A stretch of 64,000 nucleotides of DNA from Nitrospirota bacterium (GTDB lineage Bacteria > Nitrospirota > UBA9217): assembly GCA_963740085.1 (NCBI GenBank), contig CAVUCU010000003.1:160001-224000 (forward strand), read 5' to 3'. A model generated the notes under the pieces. It did no database searches. It was not told the DNA's origin and was given only the letters and a program-made list of their open reading frames with translations. This document shows, piece after piece, positions 29,104 through 38,419 of the stretch (the stretch's first letter is position 1; each line of letters opens with the position of its first letter). The position numbers and the translations under genes were made by a program.

Positions 29104-29652
29104 CTACTTCGGTAAGACGCCTATTTGCGAATTGAGGTAAATTACGGCTCTAATCAACCAGTATGCTATTGTGCCAATACCAATCAGCGCAATTACATTC
29201 GCAGCAACGACAAAGGGTCTTGGCCAGACACGCTGAGGTGCGATATGAATCCACTTCCCTTGACCATCTTTCCATCGTACATTTTGTAATTGCGGCACGG
29301 TTTTGTAGCTAAGTAACTGAACCACAAACCACTCCTTCGGTCCAAGCGATGGGACATGAATAATATGTTCCCCAGTGGGGGACGAAGATTCTGTATATCC
29401 GATGGATGGCTGAATTTCGAAAAAGTCGGGGCGCGTTTTGTGAATTATTTCGATTCCCTCAGCTGGCTTTCGGCCCCAGTTTTGGACCGTCAATGAGTTT
29501 GTCTGAATCACGACATTTTCGTTCTTAAGATTAAATAAGAAATTATGTGGTGACCAGCATAGTAATTTAGATTTCGGTTCCAGAAACCGACTAAGATAAC
29601 CAACTATGAGACTGACAATAATAGTGGCAACGTAACTACCGAGAGTATCCAT
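29104..29652 (-). CDS. Hypothetical membrane protein, integron cassette
   Basis: N- and C-terminal TM helices; RBS GAGGAG; preceded by a GTTAGTC core site at 29683. Confidence 0.7.
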   Translation of the reverse strand: MDTLGSYVATIIVSLIVGYLSRFLEPKSKLLCWSPHNFLFNLKNENVVIQTNSLTVQNWGRKPAEGIEIIHKTRPDFFEIQPSIGYTESSSPTGEHIIHVPSLGPKEWFVVQLLSYKTVPQLQNVRWKDGQGKWIHIAPQRVWPRPFVVAANVIALIGIGTIAYWLIRAVIYLNSQIGVLPK

Positions 29653-29829
29653 TATTCAGCTCCTCTTGATTTATTCGACTAACAAGTTCTTATAGGGACG
29701 GGATACCGTAGCATAAAAAATGCGAACTGGTCAAGATAATTTGAAAAACCTTGATGTAACGGGCGGAATTCATTGCAATTCAGTTGCTGACTAATATGCA
29801 ATAAATGGAAATTTAAAATTAGTCGGACC

Positions 29830-29848
29830 AATATGCAAATTGCATATT
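29830..29848. promoter_or_regulatory. Perfect palindrome, candidate regulator site
   Basis: AATATGCAA-A-TTGCATATT, with an extra half-site AATATGCAA at 29793-29801. Confidence 0.45.
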
Positions 29849-29850
29849 CA

Positions 29851-30018
29851 ACGGATGCTGATTCTCTTTAACCTGTGAACTCTGCGTAATCTGCGGATAA
29901 TACGACCGGAGAAGTTGACACATGTGGACGCAGAGTTAAATGAAATTTTTTAGTCTTGTTTTAACCTGGAACATATTTCTTAAGCTTTTCTCTGCGAACC
30001 CTGCGACTCTGCGAGAAA
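29851..30018. repeat. Degenerate CTCTGCG-type tandem repeat arms upstream of selA
   Basis: CTCTGCGTAATCTGCGG; ACGCAGAG; CTCTGCGAACCCTGCGACTCTGCGAGA. Confidence 0.55.
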
Positions 30019-30066
30019 AGAAATGTCCTGTTGAAATTAATGAATAGCTATGATATGGTATTGTCC

Positions 30067-31515
30067 ATGAAAGAACTGCTCAAACAGCTTCCGTCAGTGG
30101 ATGATGTGTTGAAGGAAGACAGGACGAAACAGTGGATCGAATCGCATCCCCGCGTGCTCGTACTCGAAGCGATCAGGAGCGCGATCGACGCGAGACGGAC
30201 GGCAATTCTCCAGACCGCGGACAGCAAAACGACCCGAAAGATCGATGATGCGCTTTTTTCCATCGAAGGCGTCCTGAATCACGCAGAAATTATTCTCAAG
30301 GAGCTGTCCGAACCGAGCCTCAGGCCTGTCATCAACGCCACCGGGGTGATCGTTCATACCAACCTCGGCCGTTCCCTGCTGTCGGAGAAGGCCATCCAGC
30401 GGGTTGTCGAGGTCAGCAGGAGCTATTCGAATCTCGAGTACGATATTCCTGCAGGCGAGCGCGGCAAACGGCATGTTCACGTCGAGGGCATCCTGAAGCG
30501 GCTGACGGGCGTCGAGTCCGCCACGGCCGTGAACAACAACGCGGCTGCCGTACTCCTCTGCCTGAACACCCTTGCCCGCGGCAAAGAGGTCGTCGTCTCG
30601 CGCGGAGAGCTCGTCGAGATCGGCGGGTCCTTCCGCGTTCCGGACGTAATGGAGCGGAGCGGCGCTGTCCTTCGCGAGGTGGGGACCACGAACAAGACCC
30701 ATCTCAAGGATTACGAGAAGGCGATCAACGAAAAAACCGGCCTCCTGTTGAAAGTACACACGAGCAATTACAAAATTGTCGGGTTCACCAAAGAAGTCTT
30801 TCCCGAGGAGCTTGCGAAGCTCGGCAAGAAACGCAACGTGCCCGTGATGTGGGACCTGGGCAGCGGCAGCTTCGTGAACCTCAGTACGTACGGGGCAGGC
30901 GACGAACCCACGGTGCAGCAGGCTGTGAATTCCGGCGTGGACGTGCTCACCTTCAGCGGCGACAAGCTGTTGGGCGGGCCGCAGGCAGGCATGATCCTCG
31001 GCAAAAAGGCATACATCGAACCGATCCGCTCCAATCCCCTTGCCCGCGCGCTTCGACTCGATAAAATGACCCTTGCGGCGCTCGACGCCACGCTCAGCCA
31101 GTATCTTGACATGAACCGGGCCATTCGTGAGATCCCCACGCTCTGGATGTTGACCCAGCCGCTTTCCGAGATCAGCCGCAAGGCCGAACTGCTGGCATCG
31201 GGCCTCAGGCAGATCGACAATGCCGGTCTTGCCGTATCGATCCAGGACGACACTTCCCAGAGCGGCGGCGGCGCCCTGCCCACGGGCAATTTCCCCACCA
31301 GGACGGTGTGTGTTCGGCATCCCCGGATGAGCGCGAACCAGATCGAATCCCGCCTGCGCACGGGCAAACCGCACATCATCTCGCGCATCAAGGAAGGGAT
31401 GGTCATCTTCGACCCCCGAACGCTGAAGGATGAAGAGATCGGGAAGATCGTGGAAGCGGTGGGAGAAATAATGCTGGGGTCAGGGGTCAGTAGTCAGGAG
31501 AGCATTAGCCATTAG
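30067..31515 (+). CDS. selA: L-seryl-tRNA(Sec) selenium transferase
   Basis: Motifs INATGVIVHTNLGR, VNNNAAAV, SRGELVEIGGSFRVP and FSGDKLLGGPQAG. Confidence 0.96.
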   Translation: MKELLKQLPSVDDVLKEDRTKQWIESHPRVLVLEAIRSAIDARRTAILQTADSKTTRKIDDALFSIEGVLNHAEIILKELSEPSLRPVINATGVIVHTNLGRSLLSEKAIQRVVEVSRSYSNLEYDIPAGERGKRHVHVEGILKRLTGVESATAVNNNAAAVLLCLNTLARGKEVVVSRGELVEIGGSFRVPDVMERSGAVLREVGTTNKTHLKDYEKAINEKTGLLLKVHTSNYKIVGFTKEVFPEELAKLGKKRNVPVMWDLGSGSFVNLSTYGAGDEPTVQQAVNSGVDVLTFSGDKLLGGPQAGMILGKKAYIEPIRSNPLARALRLDKMTLAALDATLSQYLDMNRAIREIPTLWMLTQPLSEISRKAELLASGLRQIDNAGLAVSIQDDTSQSGGGALPTGNFPTRTVCVRHPRMSANQIESRLRTGKPHIISRIKEGMVIFDPRTLKDEEIGKIVEAVGEIMLGSGVSSQESISH

Positions 31516-31695
31516 CCTCTGCTCATGTTTTCTTCTATCTATCATTGTCGGCCATTCTACTATTGTAACAAAAACTAAAACACTCAATCGTGTCATTGCG
31601 GGCGACCAACGGGAGCGCAGTACTCGCTTCTCGAATCAGCCATACACAAAACGTGCTCAAAATCTACTGACCCCTGACCCCTGAACCCTGAACTC
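31476..31695. repeat. Bipartite inverted heptamer repeat (GGGGTCA) spanning the selA-selB junction, with nested REP-like motif
   Basis: 31476-31493 GGGGTCAGGGGTCAGTAG is the exact reverse complement of 31664-31681. TGTCATTGCG...GGGAGCG lies at about 31591-31617. Confidence 0.85.
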
Positions 31696-31696
31696 A

Positions 31697-33625
31697 ATGA
31701 AATACATCATCCTCGGCACTGCCGGACATATCGACCACGGGAAATCAAGCCTTGTCAAGGCCCTCACCGGCACGGACCCGGACCGCCTCAAGGAAGAGAA
31801 GGAACGCGGCATCACCCTTGACCTCGGGTTCGCGTCGCTGGACCTTCCGGGCGGCAACCGCCTCGGCATCGTGGACGTGCCCGGCCACGAAGGGCTCATC
31901 AAGAACATGCTCGCCGGCGTCGGCGGCATGGACATCGTGATGCTCGTGGTCGCCGCGGACGAAGGCATCATGCCCCAGACCCTCGAACATCTTGCCATCT
32001 GCGATCTCCTTCACGTGAAAAAGGGACTGATCGTCCTGACGAAGATGGATATGGTGGACAAGGACTGGCTCACGCTCGTGCAGGACGAGGTCCGCGATGT
32101 GGTCAAAGGCACGTTCCTCGAAAAATCCCCACTCGTTCCGGTCTCGTCCAAGACCGGCGAGAACCTGCCGCTCCTCATTCAGGAGCTTGGCAAACTCGCC
32201 GCTGACGTGACTCCCAAGTCATCGAACGGCATCCTTCGTCTTCCCATCGACCGGGTCTTTACCATGAAGGGTTTCGGCACGGTCATCACCGGCACCCTGC
32301 TATCCGGCACGATCAGTGCGGAACAGGAAGTCGAGGTCCTGCCGAAGGGAACCAGAACAAAAGTTCGCGGTCTCCAATCCCACAACCAGGCGGCCAAGCG
32401 CGCCGTGGCGGGTCAGCGTACTGCCGTGAACCTTCAGGGGATCGAGAAAGACCAGCTCTCCCGCGGAAACACCATCGTGAACCCCGGGTTCTTCAAGCCG
32501 ACCAAGACCCTCGACGCAAAGCTCGACCTTCTCAAACAGGCGCCCCGCGGGCTCAAGACCGGCTCGCGTGTCCGGTTCTACAACAGCACGCAGGAGGCCA
32601 TCGGCAGGATCACGCTCCTCGGGACGAACCAGCTCGCGCCGGGCGAGGAGGCCTTTGTACAGCTCCGGCTTGAACAACCCGTGATCGTCCAGCATGGAGA
32701 CCGGTATATCCTGCGTTTCTACTCTCCCATGGAAACCCTCGGCGGCGGCATGGTGCTGAATCCCCATACGCGGCGTCACAAGAATTCGACGATGAAGCAG
32801 TCCCTCGAGAACCTCGGCATTCTCGAAAAGGGAAAAGCCGAAGACCGGCTCGCGCTCTTGATATCCGGCAAAGGCCTTGCCGGGATGGAAGAGACCGAGG
32901 CCGTCGGCGTCATCGCCGCTGACAAGCAGGAGACCACTTCGGCGCTCGCGTCCCTGTCGCAGAAAAAAACGGTCCTGCGGGTTGACAATCTCTACGTGCA
33001 CACCTCCCATCTTGCGACGCTCGAGAAAAAGACTCTTGATCTCATCAGGTCATTCCACAGGGACAATCCGCTCAAGGCCGGCCTGGACAAGGAAGAGCTC
33101 AAGGGCATGCTGCGCATGAGGATAAACCCGAAGGTCCTGAACATGACCATTGACGGCCTTGTAAAGAAGAAGGCCTTGGAGACCGAAGGCTCCAAGCTCA
33201 GGGTCCCGGGGTTCAAGGCAGCAGGCGGTAAGATCAATGACGAGGTCAAGGACAAGATCGTTGAAACCATCAAAAAAGGCGGCACCCAGCCGCCGGTCAG
33301 GGAGGAATTCCCCGCTCTTTTCAATATCTCGGACCGGGACGCCAGGGACCTGATGAAGCTGCTCGCTGATGAAGGCCGCACGGTCAGGATCACAGACTCG
33401 CTCCATCTTGACAAAGAGGTGGTTGACAGGATCAGGACCGATCTCAAAAAGTATCTTGAGGTAAAGAAAGAGATCACCATGGGCGAGTTCCGCGACCTCG
33501 CCAGGACCTCCCGTAAGTTCGCGGTCCCGATCATGGAATACTTCGATTCTCAGAAGCTGACGCAACGGGTGGGTGACAAGAGGGTGCTGACGGGGGTAAA
33601 CTCTTTCCGGGTTACTTCCTATTAA
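31697..33625 (+). CDS. selB: Selenocysteine-specific elongation factor
   Basis: [27 protein letters not shown]; C-terminal winged helix [20 protein letters not shown]. Confidence 0.96.
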   Translation: MKYIILGTAGHIDHGKSSLVKALTGTDPDRLKEEKERGITLDLGFASLDLPGGNRLGIVDVPGHEGLIKNMLAGVGGMDIVMLVVAADEGIMPQTLEHLAICDLLHVKKGLIVLTKMDMVDKDWLTLVQDEVRDVVKGTFLEKSPLVPVSSKTGENLPLLIQELGKLAADVTPKSSNGILRLPIDRVFTMKGFGTVITGTLLSGTISAEQEVEVLPKGTRTKVRGLQSHNQAAKRAVAGQRTAVNLQGIEKDQLSRGNTIVNPGFFKPTKTLDAKLDLLKQAPRGLKTGSRVRFYNSTQEAIGRITLLGTNQLAPGEEAFVQLRLEQPVIVQHGDRYILRFYSPMETLGGGMVLNPHTRRHKNSTMKQSLENLGILEKGKAEDRLALLISGKGLAGMEETEAVGVIAADKQETTSALASLSQKKTVLRVDNLYVHTSHLATLEKKTLDLIRSFHRDNPLKAGLDKEELKGMLRMRINPKVLNMTIDGLVKKKALETEGSKLRVPGFKAAGGKINDEVKDKIVETIKKGGTQPPVREEFPALFNISDRDARDLMKLLADEGRTVRITDSLHLDKEVVDRIRTDLKKYLEVKKEITMGEFRDLARTSRKFAVPIMEYFDSQKLTQRVGDKRVLTGVNSFRVTSY

Positions 33626-33839
33626 GTGCTGCGAATGAGCGTTGCGCAAATATTCCACTTTCATCCTGAAAGCAGCACATTCTCATTCATACTGAAGGTA
33701 AAAGACCGATTCCATCGTGCATTCTTGCTGAAGATTCTGCCGGGCACGTCGGATACACAAACTCCCTCTTCTTTTTCCTCGAAATATTCTGTCGAGAAAT
33801 ATCTTGCGTGATTTCAACACTCCGCCGACCTGTCATTTA

Positions 33840-34025
33840 TCAGGCGGCCATTTTGAGTTTTTCGAGAACGGTCTTGAGCGCTGCCTCGTCCTGCTTCAGC
33901 TCATCCCTGTCATCCTGCCGCAGTCCCGATGCGATCAATTCCCTGATCTCCGGAATGGCGCTCTCCTCCAGTTCAGTGACCAGCAGGTCACGCTCCTTCT
34001 TTTCCAGGTTGACGACCATACTCAT
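33840..34025 (-). CDS. Small hypothetical protein
   Basis: RBS GAGGTG; 61 aa charged, helical-looking sequence. Confidence 0.6.
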   Translation of the reverse strand: MSMVVNLEKKERDLLVTELEESAIPEIRELIASGLRQDDRDELKQDEAALKTVLEKLKMAA

Positions 34026-34091
34026 TCACCTCTTTTCCTCTTACAACAATATTATACCACTTTTGGAACTGCCAAAAACCCATCCACCACG

Positions 34092-34120
34092 TTGACATCT
34101 CGGTGAATCAGTTATAAGAT
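34092..34120 (+). promoter_or_regulatory. sigma70-type promoter
   Basis: TTGACA-17nt-TAAGAT upstream of 34164. Confidence 0.5.
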
Positions 34121-34163
34121 ATGAATAGATAGATGTTACTGATCAGTTTGTAGGAGGTCAACT

Positions 34164-34469
34164 ATGAGAATGCTAATGCAAGCCAAGTTCCCACACGCCA
34201 AGTTCAATGCGGCCGTCAAGGACGGCACGGTGGGACAGAAGATCAAGCGGATTCTCGATGAAATCAAACCCGAGGCAGCCTACTTCACGGAATATGACGG
34301 TCATCGAGGTGCGGTCCTGATCGTGAATGTGGAGGATCCATCCAAGGTGCCGGCTCTCGCGGAGCCCTTATTTCTTGTCTTTGATGCCGATGTCCAGTTC
34401 CACGTCGTCATGAGTCCGGAGGAGCTTGGACGGGCCGGCCTTGAGGCCATCGCCAAGAAGTGGACTTAG
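34164..34469 (+). CDS. Conserved small protein (GYD/DUF3303-like ferredoxin fold)
   Basis: RBS AGGAGG; KPEAAYFTEYDGHRG...PALAEP. Confidence 0.75.
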   Translation: MRMLMQAKFPHAKFNAAVKDGTVGQKIKRILDEIKPEAAYFTEYDGHRGAVLIVNVEDPSKVPALAEPLFLVFDADVQFHVVMSPEELGRAGLEAIAKKWT

Positions 34470-34718
34470 CAACCGGCTGACCGGCGGCCGCACCCGACGG
34501 CGGCCGCGTCGCGAGCAATCTGATTTACCGCGATTGCGAGGCCGACGCGGGTGCACCGCATGTCATAATGGTTCACTCCAAGCTTATTCCATCGATCGAA
34601 ACCCGCAGAGTTCAAGGTGAAATCAATACCTCAGATACAATCCACCCTGCATGCCGCCTTCCCCTTTTCCGGTCAGACATCCCGGTGATATACTGTATCA
34701 GTAGACAGCAATAAGGCC

Positions 34719-35993
34719 ATGATGGATACATCCATTACAAAAACGCTCTTCCGTTCCCTGCGCCATCGAAACTTCCGTTTGTTCTGGTCCGGCCAGCTTG
34801 TGTCCCTCATCGGCACCTGGATGCAGAACGTAGCTCAGGCGTGGCTGGTGCTGGAGTTGACCCATTCATCACTGAAGCTCGGCATTGTTTCCGCGCTCCA
34901 GTTTCTGCCCATGCTTTTCCTCTCGCTCTTCACCGGACCGTTCATCGATTACTTCGACAAACGGAAGATCATCATCGGGACCCAGGCCGCGCTTATGACC
35001 CTGGCCTTCGCGCTGTCGATCCTGGTCTGGACAGGGACCGTGCAGTACTGGCATGTGGTGGTCCTCGCCACGCTGCTCGGCATCGTGAACACGATCGACA
35101 TGCCTGCCAGGCAGGCGTTCATCATCGACCTGGTGGGGAAGGAAGACCTCATGAACGCCATCGCGCTGAACTCGTCCGTCTTTAATTCCGCCAGGGCGGT
35201 CGGGCCGGCGCTTGCGGGTTTGCTGATCACCGCCGCCGGAACCGCTGCCTGTTTTTTCGTGAATGGTTTGAGTTTTCTCGCTGTCCTGGCGAGCCTTTTG
35301 TTCATGAACATCGAGTCCGCCTCGCGCAGGGCGAAGCCCGTCTATAACGTACTGCTGGACATGAGGGAGGCCATCGGTTACGTTCGGGCAACTCCCGCGG
35401 TCCTTACTACGATCCTTCTGGTCTCGGTGGTCAGCATCTTCGGGACGAATTTTAATGTGCTCGTCCCGGTGTTCGCAAAAATGGAACTGAACCGTGATGC
35501 AGCGGCCTTCGGCCTGCTCATGTCCTCATTCGGCGCGGGCGCGTTGATCGGGTCGGTATCGCTTGCAATATTGAGCCAATGGGGTCCAAGACAGTCCCTT
35601 CTGCTCGGCGGCGGTATGGGGCTTTCGCTGTTCCTGATGCTTATCGGTCTGCAGAGATCATTCGCCCTGACCGCCGTCCTGCTCGCCCTTGCGGGCCTAT
35701 CCATGATCATCTTCTTCGGCATGGCCAATACCACGGTCCAGCTGAATACCGAAGATCGCTTGCGCGGCCGTGTTATGAGCCTTTACATTCTGTCCTTCGG
35801 CGGGCTGACGCCTTTCGGCAGCATGTTCGCCGGTGCGGTCGCCCACTGGATCAAAGCGCCCCTCACCTTCGCCCTGGGCGGACTGCTTTGCGGGGCCGTT
35901 TTTCTTGTCGTCATCGTGAAGCGCAGGTCTCACCGCGGAGGCGCGGAGACACCGGGAACTGACCTCGAGAAAGAAAATAAAGGTTTACGGTAG
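34719..35993 (+). CDS. MFS transporter (MFS_3/DUF894 type)
   Basis: RNFRLFWSGQLVSLIGTWMQ, NAIALNSSVFN and LRGRVMSLY. Confidence 0.9.
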   Translation: MMDTSITKTLFRSLRHRNFRLFWSGQLVSLIGTWMQNVAQAWLVLELTHSSLKLGIVSALQFLPMLFLSLFTGPFIDYFDKRKIIIGTQAALMTLAFALSILVWTGTVQYWHVVVLATLLGIVNTIDMPARQAFIIDLVGKEDLMNAIALNSSVFNSARAVGPALAGLLITAAGTAACFFVNGLSFLAVLASLLFMNIESASRRAKPVYNVLLDMREAIGYVRATPAVLTTILLVSVVSIFGTNFNVLVPVFAKMELNRDAAAFGLLMSSFGAGALIGSVSLAILSQWGPRQSLLLGGGMGLSLFLMLIGLQRSFALTAVLLALAGLSMIIFFGMANTTVQLNTEDRLRGRVMSLYILSFGGLTPFGSMFAGAVAHWIKAPLTFALGGLLCGAVFLVVIVKRRSHRGGAETPGTDLEKENKGLR

Positions 35994-36066
35994 TTTTATT
36001 CCGGATACATTAAAATAAAACTCTCAATTTTCCCGTACTTTCTCCGTGCCGCCGCATCTCCGCGGT
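35932..36066. repeat. Bipartite inverted repeat overlapping the MFS C-terminus
   Basis: 35932-35957 ACCGCGGAGGCGCGGAGACACCGGGA versus reverse complement of 36041-36066 ACCGCGGAGATGCGGCGGCACGGAGA (20/26 by hand). Confidence 0.7.
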
Positions 36067-36123
36067 CATCCATCGGCTTTCAACTTTTTTTACGAATGAA
36101 CCGGAATATGATATGATACTGTC

Positions 36124-38112
36124 ATGCAGAATCAGGAAATAACCATACTGCGAGAGCTGATCATCATTCTCGCCGTCTCGCTTCCCATCACCTACATCTT
36201 TCATCGGGCAAAACTGCCGGCGCTCGTGGGATTCCTGATCACCGGCGTGCTTATCGGTCCTTACGGCGCCGCCATTATAACCGAGACCCGCGTCGTTGAA
36301 CGGCTCGCTGACATTGGCGTCGTTCTGCTCCTGTTTACCATCGGACTCGAGTTCTCGATCGCCGACATCATGAGATCGGGCCGCCAGTTCCTGATCGGCG
36401 GCGGCACCCAGGTGCTGTTGACCATTGCCGCGGTCGCCGGCATCGCGCTCCTGCTCCACTATCCCCTGCCGCAGGCCGTGTTCTTCGGCTTTCTGGCGTC
36501 TCTCAGCAGCACCGCGATCGTGCTCAAGATGTATTCCGACCGTTCTGAGCTCGAGACGACCCATGGCAGGCTCGCGACGGGCATTTTGCTGTTTCAGGAC
36601 ATTGCCGTTGTGCCGATGATGCTCATGCTGCCGGTACTAGGAGAGGCGAGCGCGGCAGGCGAGGTCACCGTGCTGTCCGTACTCGTGTCTCTCGGCGAGG
36701 CTGTGCTCGGCCTTGTCGGTGTCTATTTTGCGGCGCGCCAGGTCGTGCCGTTCCTGCTCCACCAGGTGATACGGCTCAAGAACCGTGAGATGTTCTTTCT
36801 GCTCGTCGTCCTGCTCTGCCTCGGAGCTGCATGGATCACGTATAGCCTCGGTCTGTCGCTCGCCCTCGGCGCCTTCCTTGCGGGGCTTATCATCTCTGAA
36901 TCGGAGTACAGCCATCACATCGTTGCCGAAATCTTGCCGTTCCGCGATTACTTTGCGAGCATCTTCTTCATCTCCATCGGCATGCTGCTGCAGACGGACT
37001 ATTTTATGGCCCACTGGGTCCTTCTCGTTATCATTGCGCTTCTCCTTGTACTTTTGAAATCCGGGCTGGTGGCCGCGACCTCAACCCTGCTGCGTTATCC
37101 GGTCCGGAGTTCCCTGCTCGCGGGACTCGGCCTGGCGCAGATAGGTGAATTTTCATTTCTCCTGGCTCAGCAGGGCCAGATAAGCGGCCTGATGGGTCAC
37201 GACATTTTCCAGGTGTTCATCAACGCCTCCATCCTGAGCATGCTCGCCACTCCCTTCTTCATCCAGGCAGGCCCGTGGATCACGGGCCTGCTGCCGAACA
37301 TGACCCCTGAACAGAGTGAAAAAAGCTATGTGTGCTCACTCACCGGGCATACGATCATCGCGGGATACGGCTTGAACGGCAGGAACCTGGCCAAGACGCT
37401 CAAGGCCACTCACCTCCCCTATGTAGTGTTGGAAGTGAACGCCGATACCATACGGAAGGCGCGTGACGAGGGTGAGTCCATCATCTACGGCGATATCACG
37501 AGAAGGGACGTACTGCTGCGGGCGGGCACTGACTGCGCCAAGGTGATCGTGTTCGCCGTATCGGATTATGCCGCGACACGGATCGCCGTGCGCACGGTGC
37601 GTGAGCTCAACCCCGCCATATTCATTCTCATCCGCACGCGGTACGCGGCTGACGTCGACGAGCTCTACAAGGCCGGTGCAGATCAGGTGATACCCGAGGA
37701 GTTCGAAACGTCGATCGAGATCTTTTCGCGCGTGCTCCATGAATATCATGTCCCGAACAACGTCATCGCGAACCAGATCCAGCTCGTGCGGTTCGGGGGG
37801 TACAAGATGCTGCGCGGGTATTCACTGGACCAGGAGAACCTCGGCCGCATTGCGGCGCTCTTCGCCGATGCGACCGTGGACCATATCCAGCTTGAGTCAG
37901 ATTCCCCCACGGTGGGCAGAACGCTCCGGGAGCTTGATCTCCGGAAGAATACCGGCGCTTCGGTCATTGCCATCGCGCGGAACGGTGAGGCGAATACGAA
38001 CCCGGGGCCCGACTTCATGTTGCAGCCCGATGATATTGTCGTGCTCATAGGCGGGCACAGGGAACTTGACGAGGCGATGAGCCTGTTGACAAAGAATAAA
38101 GCGAAGCAGTGA
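36124..38112 (+). CDS. CPA2 (Kef-type) cation:proton antiporter with TrkA-N and TrkA-C domains
   Basis: GVVLLLFTIGLEFS, SLSSTAIV, LLFQD, AQIGEFSF and IIAGYGLNGR; C-terminal RCK-C. Confidence 0.9.
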   Translation: MQNQEITILRELIIILAVSLPITYIFHRAKLPALVGFLITGVLIGPYGAAIITETRVVERLADIGVVLLLFTIGLEFSIADIMRSGRQFLIGGGTQVLLTIAAVAGIALLLHYPLPQAVFFGFLASLSSTAIVLKMYSDRSELETTHGRLATGILLFQDIAVVPMMLMLPVLGEASAAGEVTVLSVLVSLGEAVLGLVGVYFAARQVVPFLLHQVIRLKNREMFFLLVVLLCLGAAWITYSLGLSLALGAFLAGLIISESEYSHHIVAEILPFRDYFASIFFISIGMLLQTDYFMAHWVLLVIIALLLVLLKSGLVAATSTLLRYPVRSSLLAGLGLAQIGEFSFLLAQQGQISGLMGHDIFQVFINASILSMLATPFFIQAGPWITGLLPNMTPEQSEKSYVCSLTGHTIIAGYGLNGRNLAKTLKATHLPYVVLEVNADTIRKARDEGESIIYGDITRRDVLLRAGTDCAKVIVFAVSDYAATRIAVRTVRELNPAIFILIRTRYAADVDELYKAGADQVIPEEFETSIEIFSRVLHEYHVPNNVIANQIQLVRFGGYKMLRGYSLDQENLGRIAALFADATVDHIQLESDSPTVGRTLRELDLRKNTGASVIAIARNGEANTNPGPDFMLQPDDIVVLIGGHRELDEAMSLLTKNKAKQ

Positions 38113-38203
38113 AATAACGTGCGGCGTTCTTTTCCTCAGGCCCGGCTTCTCATCTTCCCTCTCTTTAATGAGGATAAGCTGGGACTATAAACAAATGCAA
38201 TTT

Positions 38204-38288
38204 ACCACGGATGCGCACTAGACAAAAGGCGAGAAAAGAATTCAAGATTTAGTCCTTTAATCAGCGTCAATCCGTGTTAATCCGTGAC
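38204..38288. repeat. Degenerate bipartite repeat (CACGGAT / ATCCGTG 10-mers)
   Basis: ACCACGGAT... facing AATCAGCGTC AATCCGTGTT AATCCGTGAC. Confidence 0.6.
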
Positions 38289-38374
38289 AAGATCGTTGTT
38301 GAGATCTTCTTGCCATTTTGAGAAGAAGTCATAAGTTACTAACATCCTTCACACCTGTCTCTGCCAAATTTATA

Positions 38375-38403
38375 TTGCCATCAAGGAAAGTCTCAAGTAT
38401 AAT
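38375..38403 (+). promoter_or_regulatory. sigma70 promoter of selC
   Basis: TTGCCA-17nt-TATAAT, 16 nt upstream of the tRNA. Confidence 0.65.
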
Positions 38404-38419
38404 CACGAAGCTTACAAAG

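Noticed and set aside
1537-37749. Long antisense ORFs such as 1537..2637, 8963..10039, 19202..20371 and 30094..31374
   Set aside because: Shadow frames of GC-rich genes on the opposite strand, with no family motifs.
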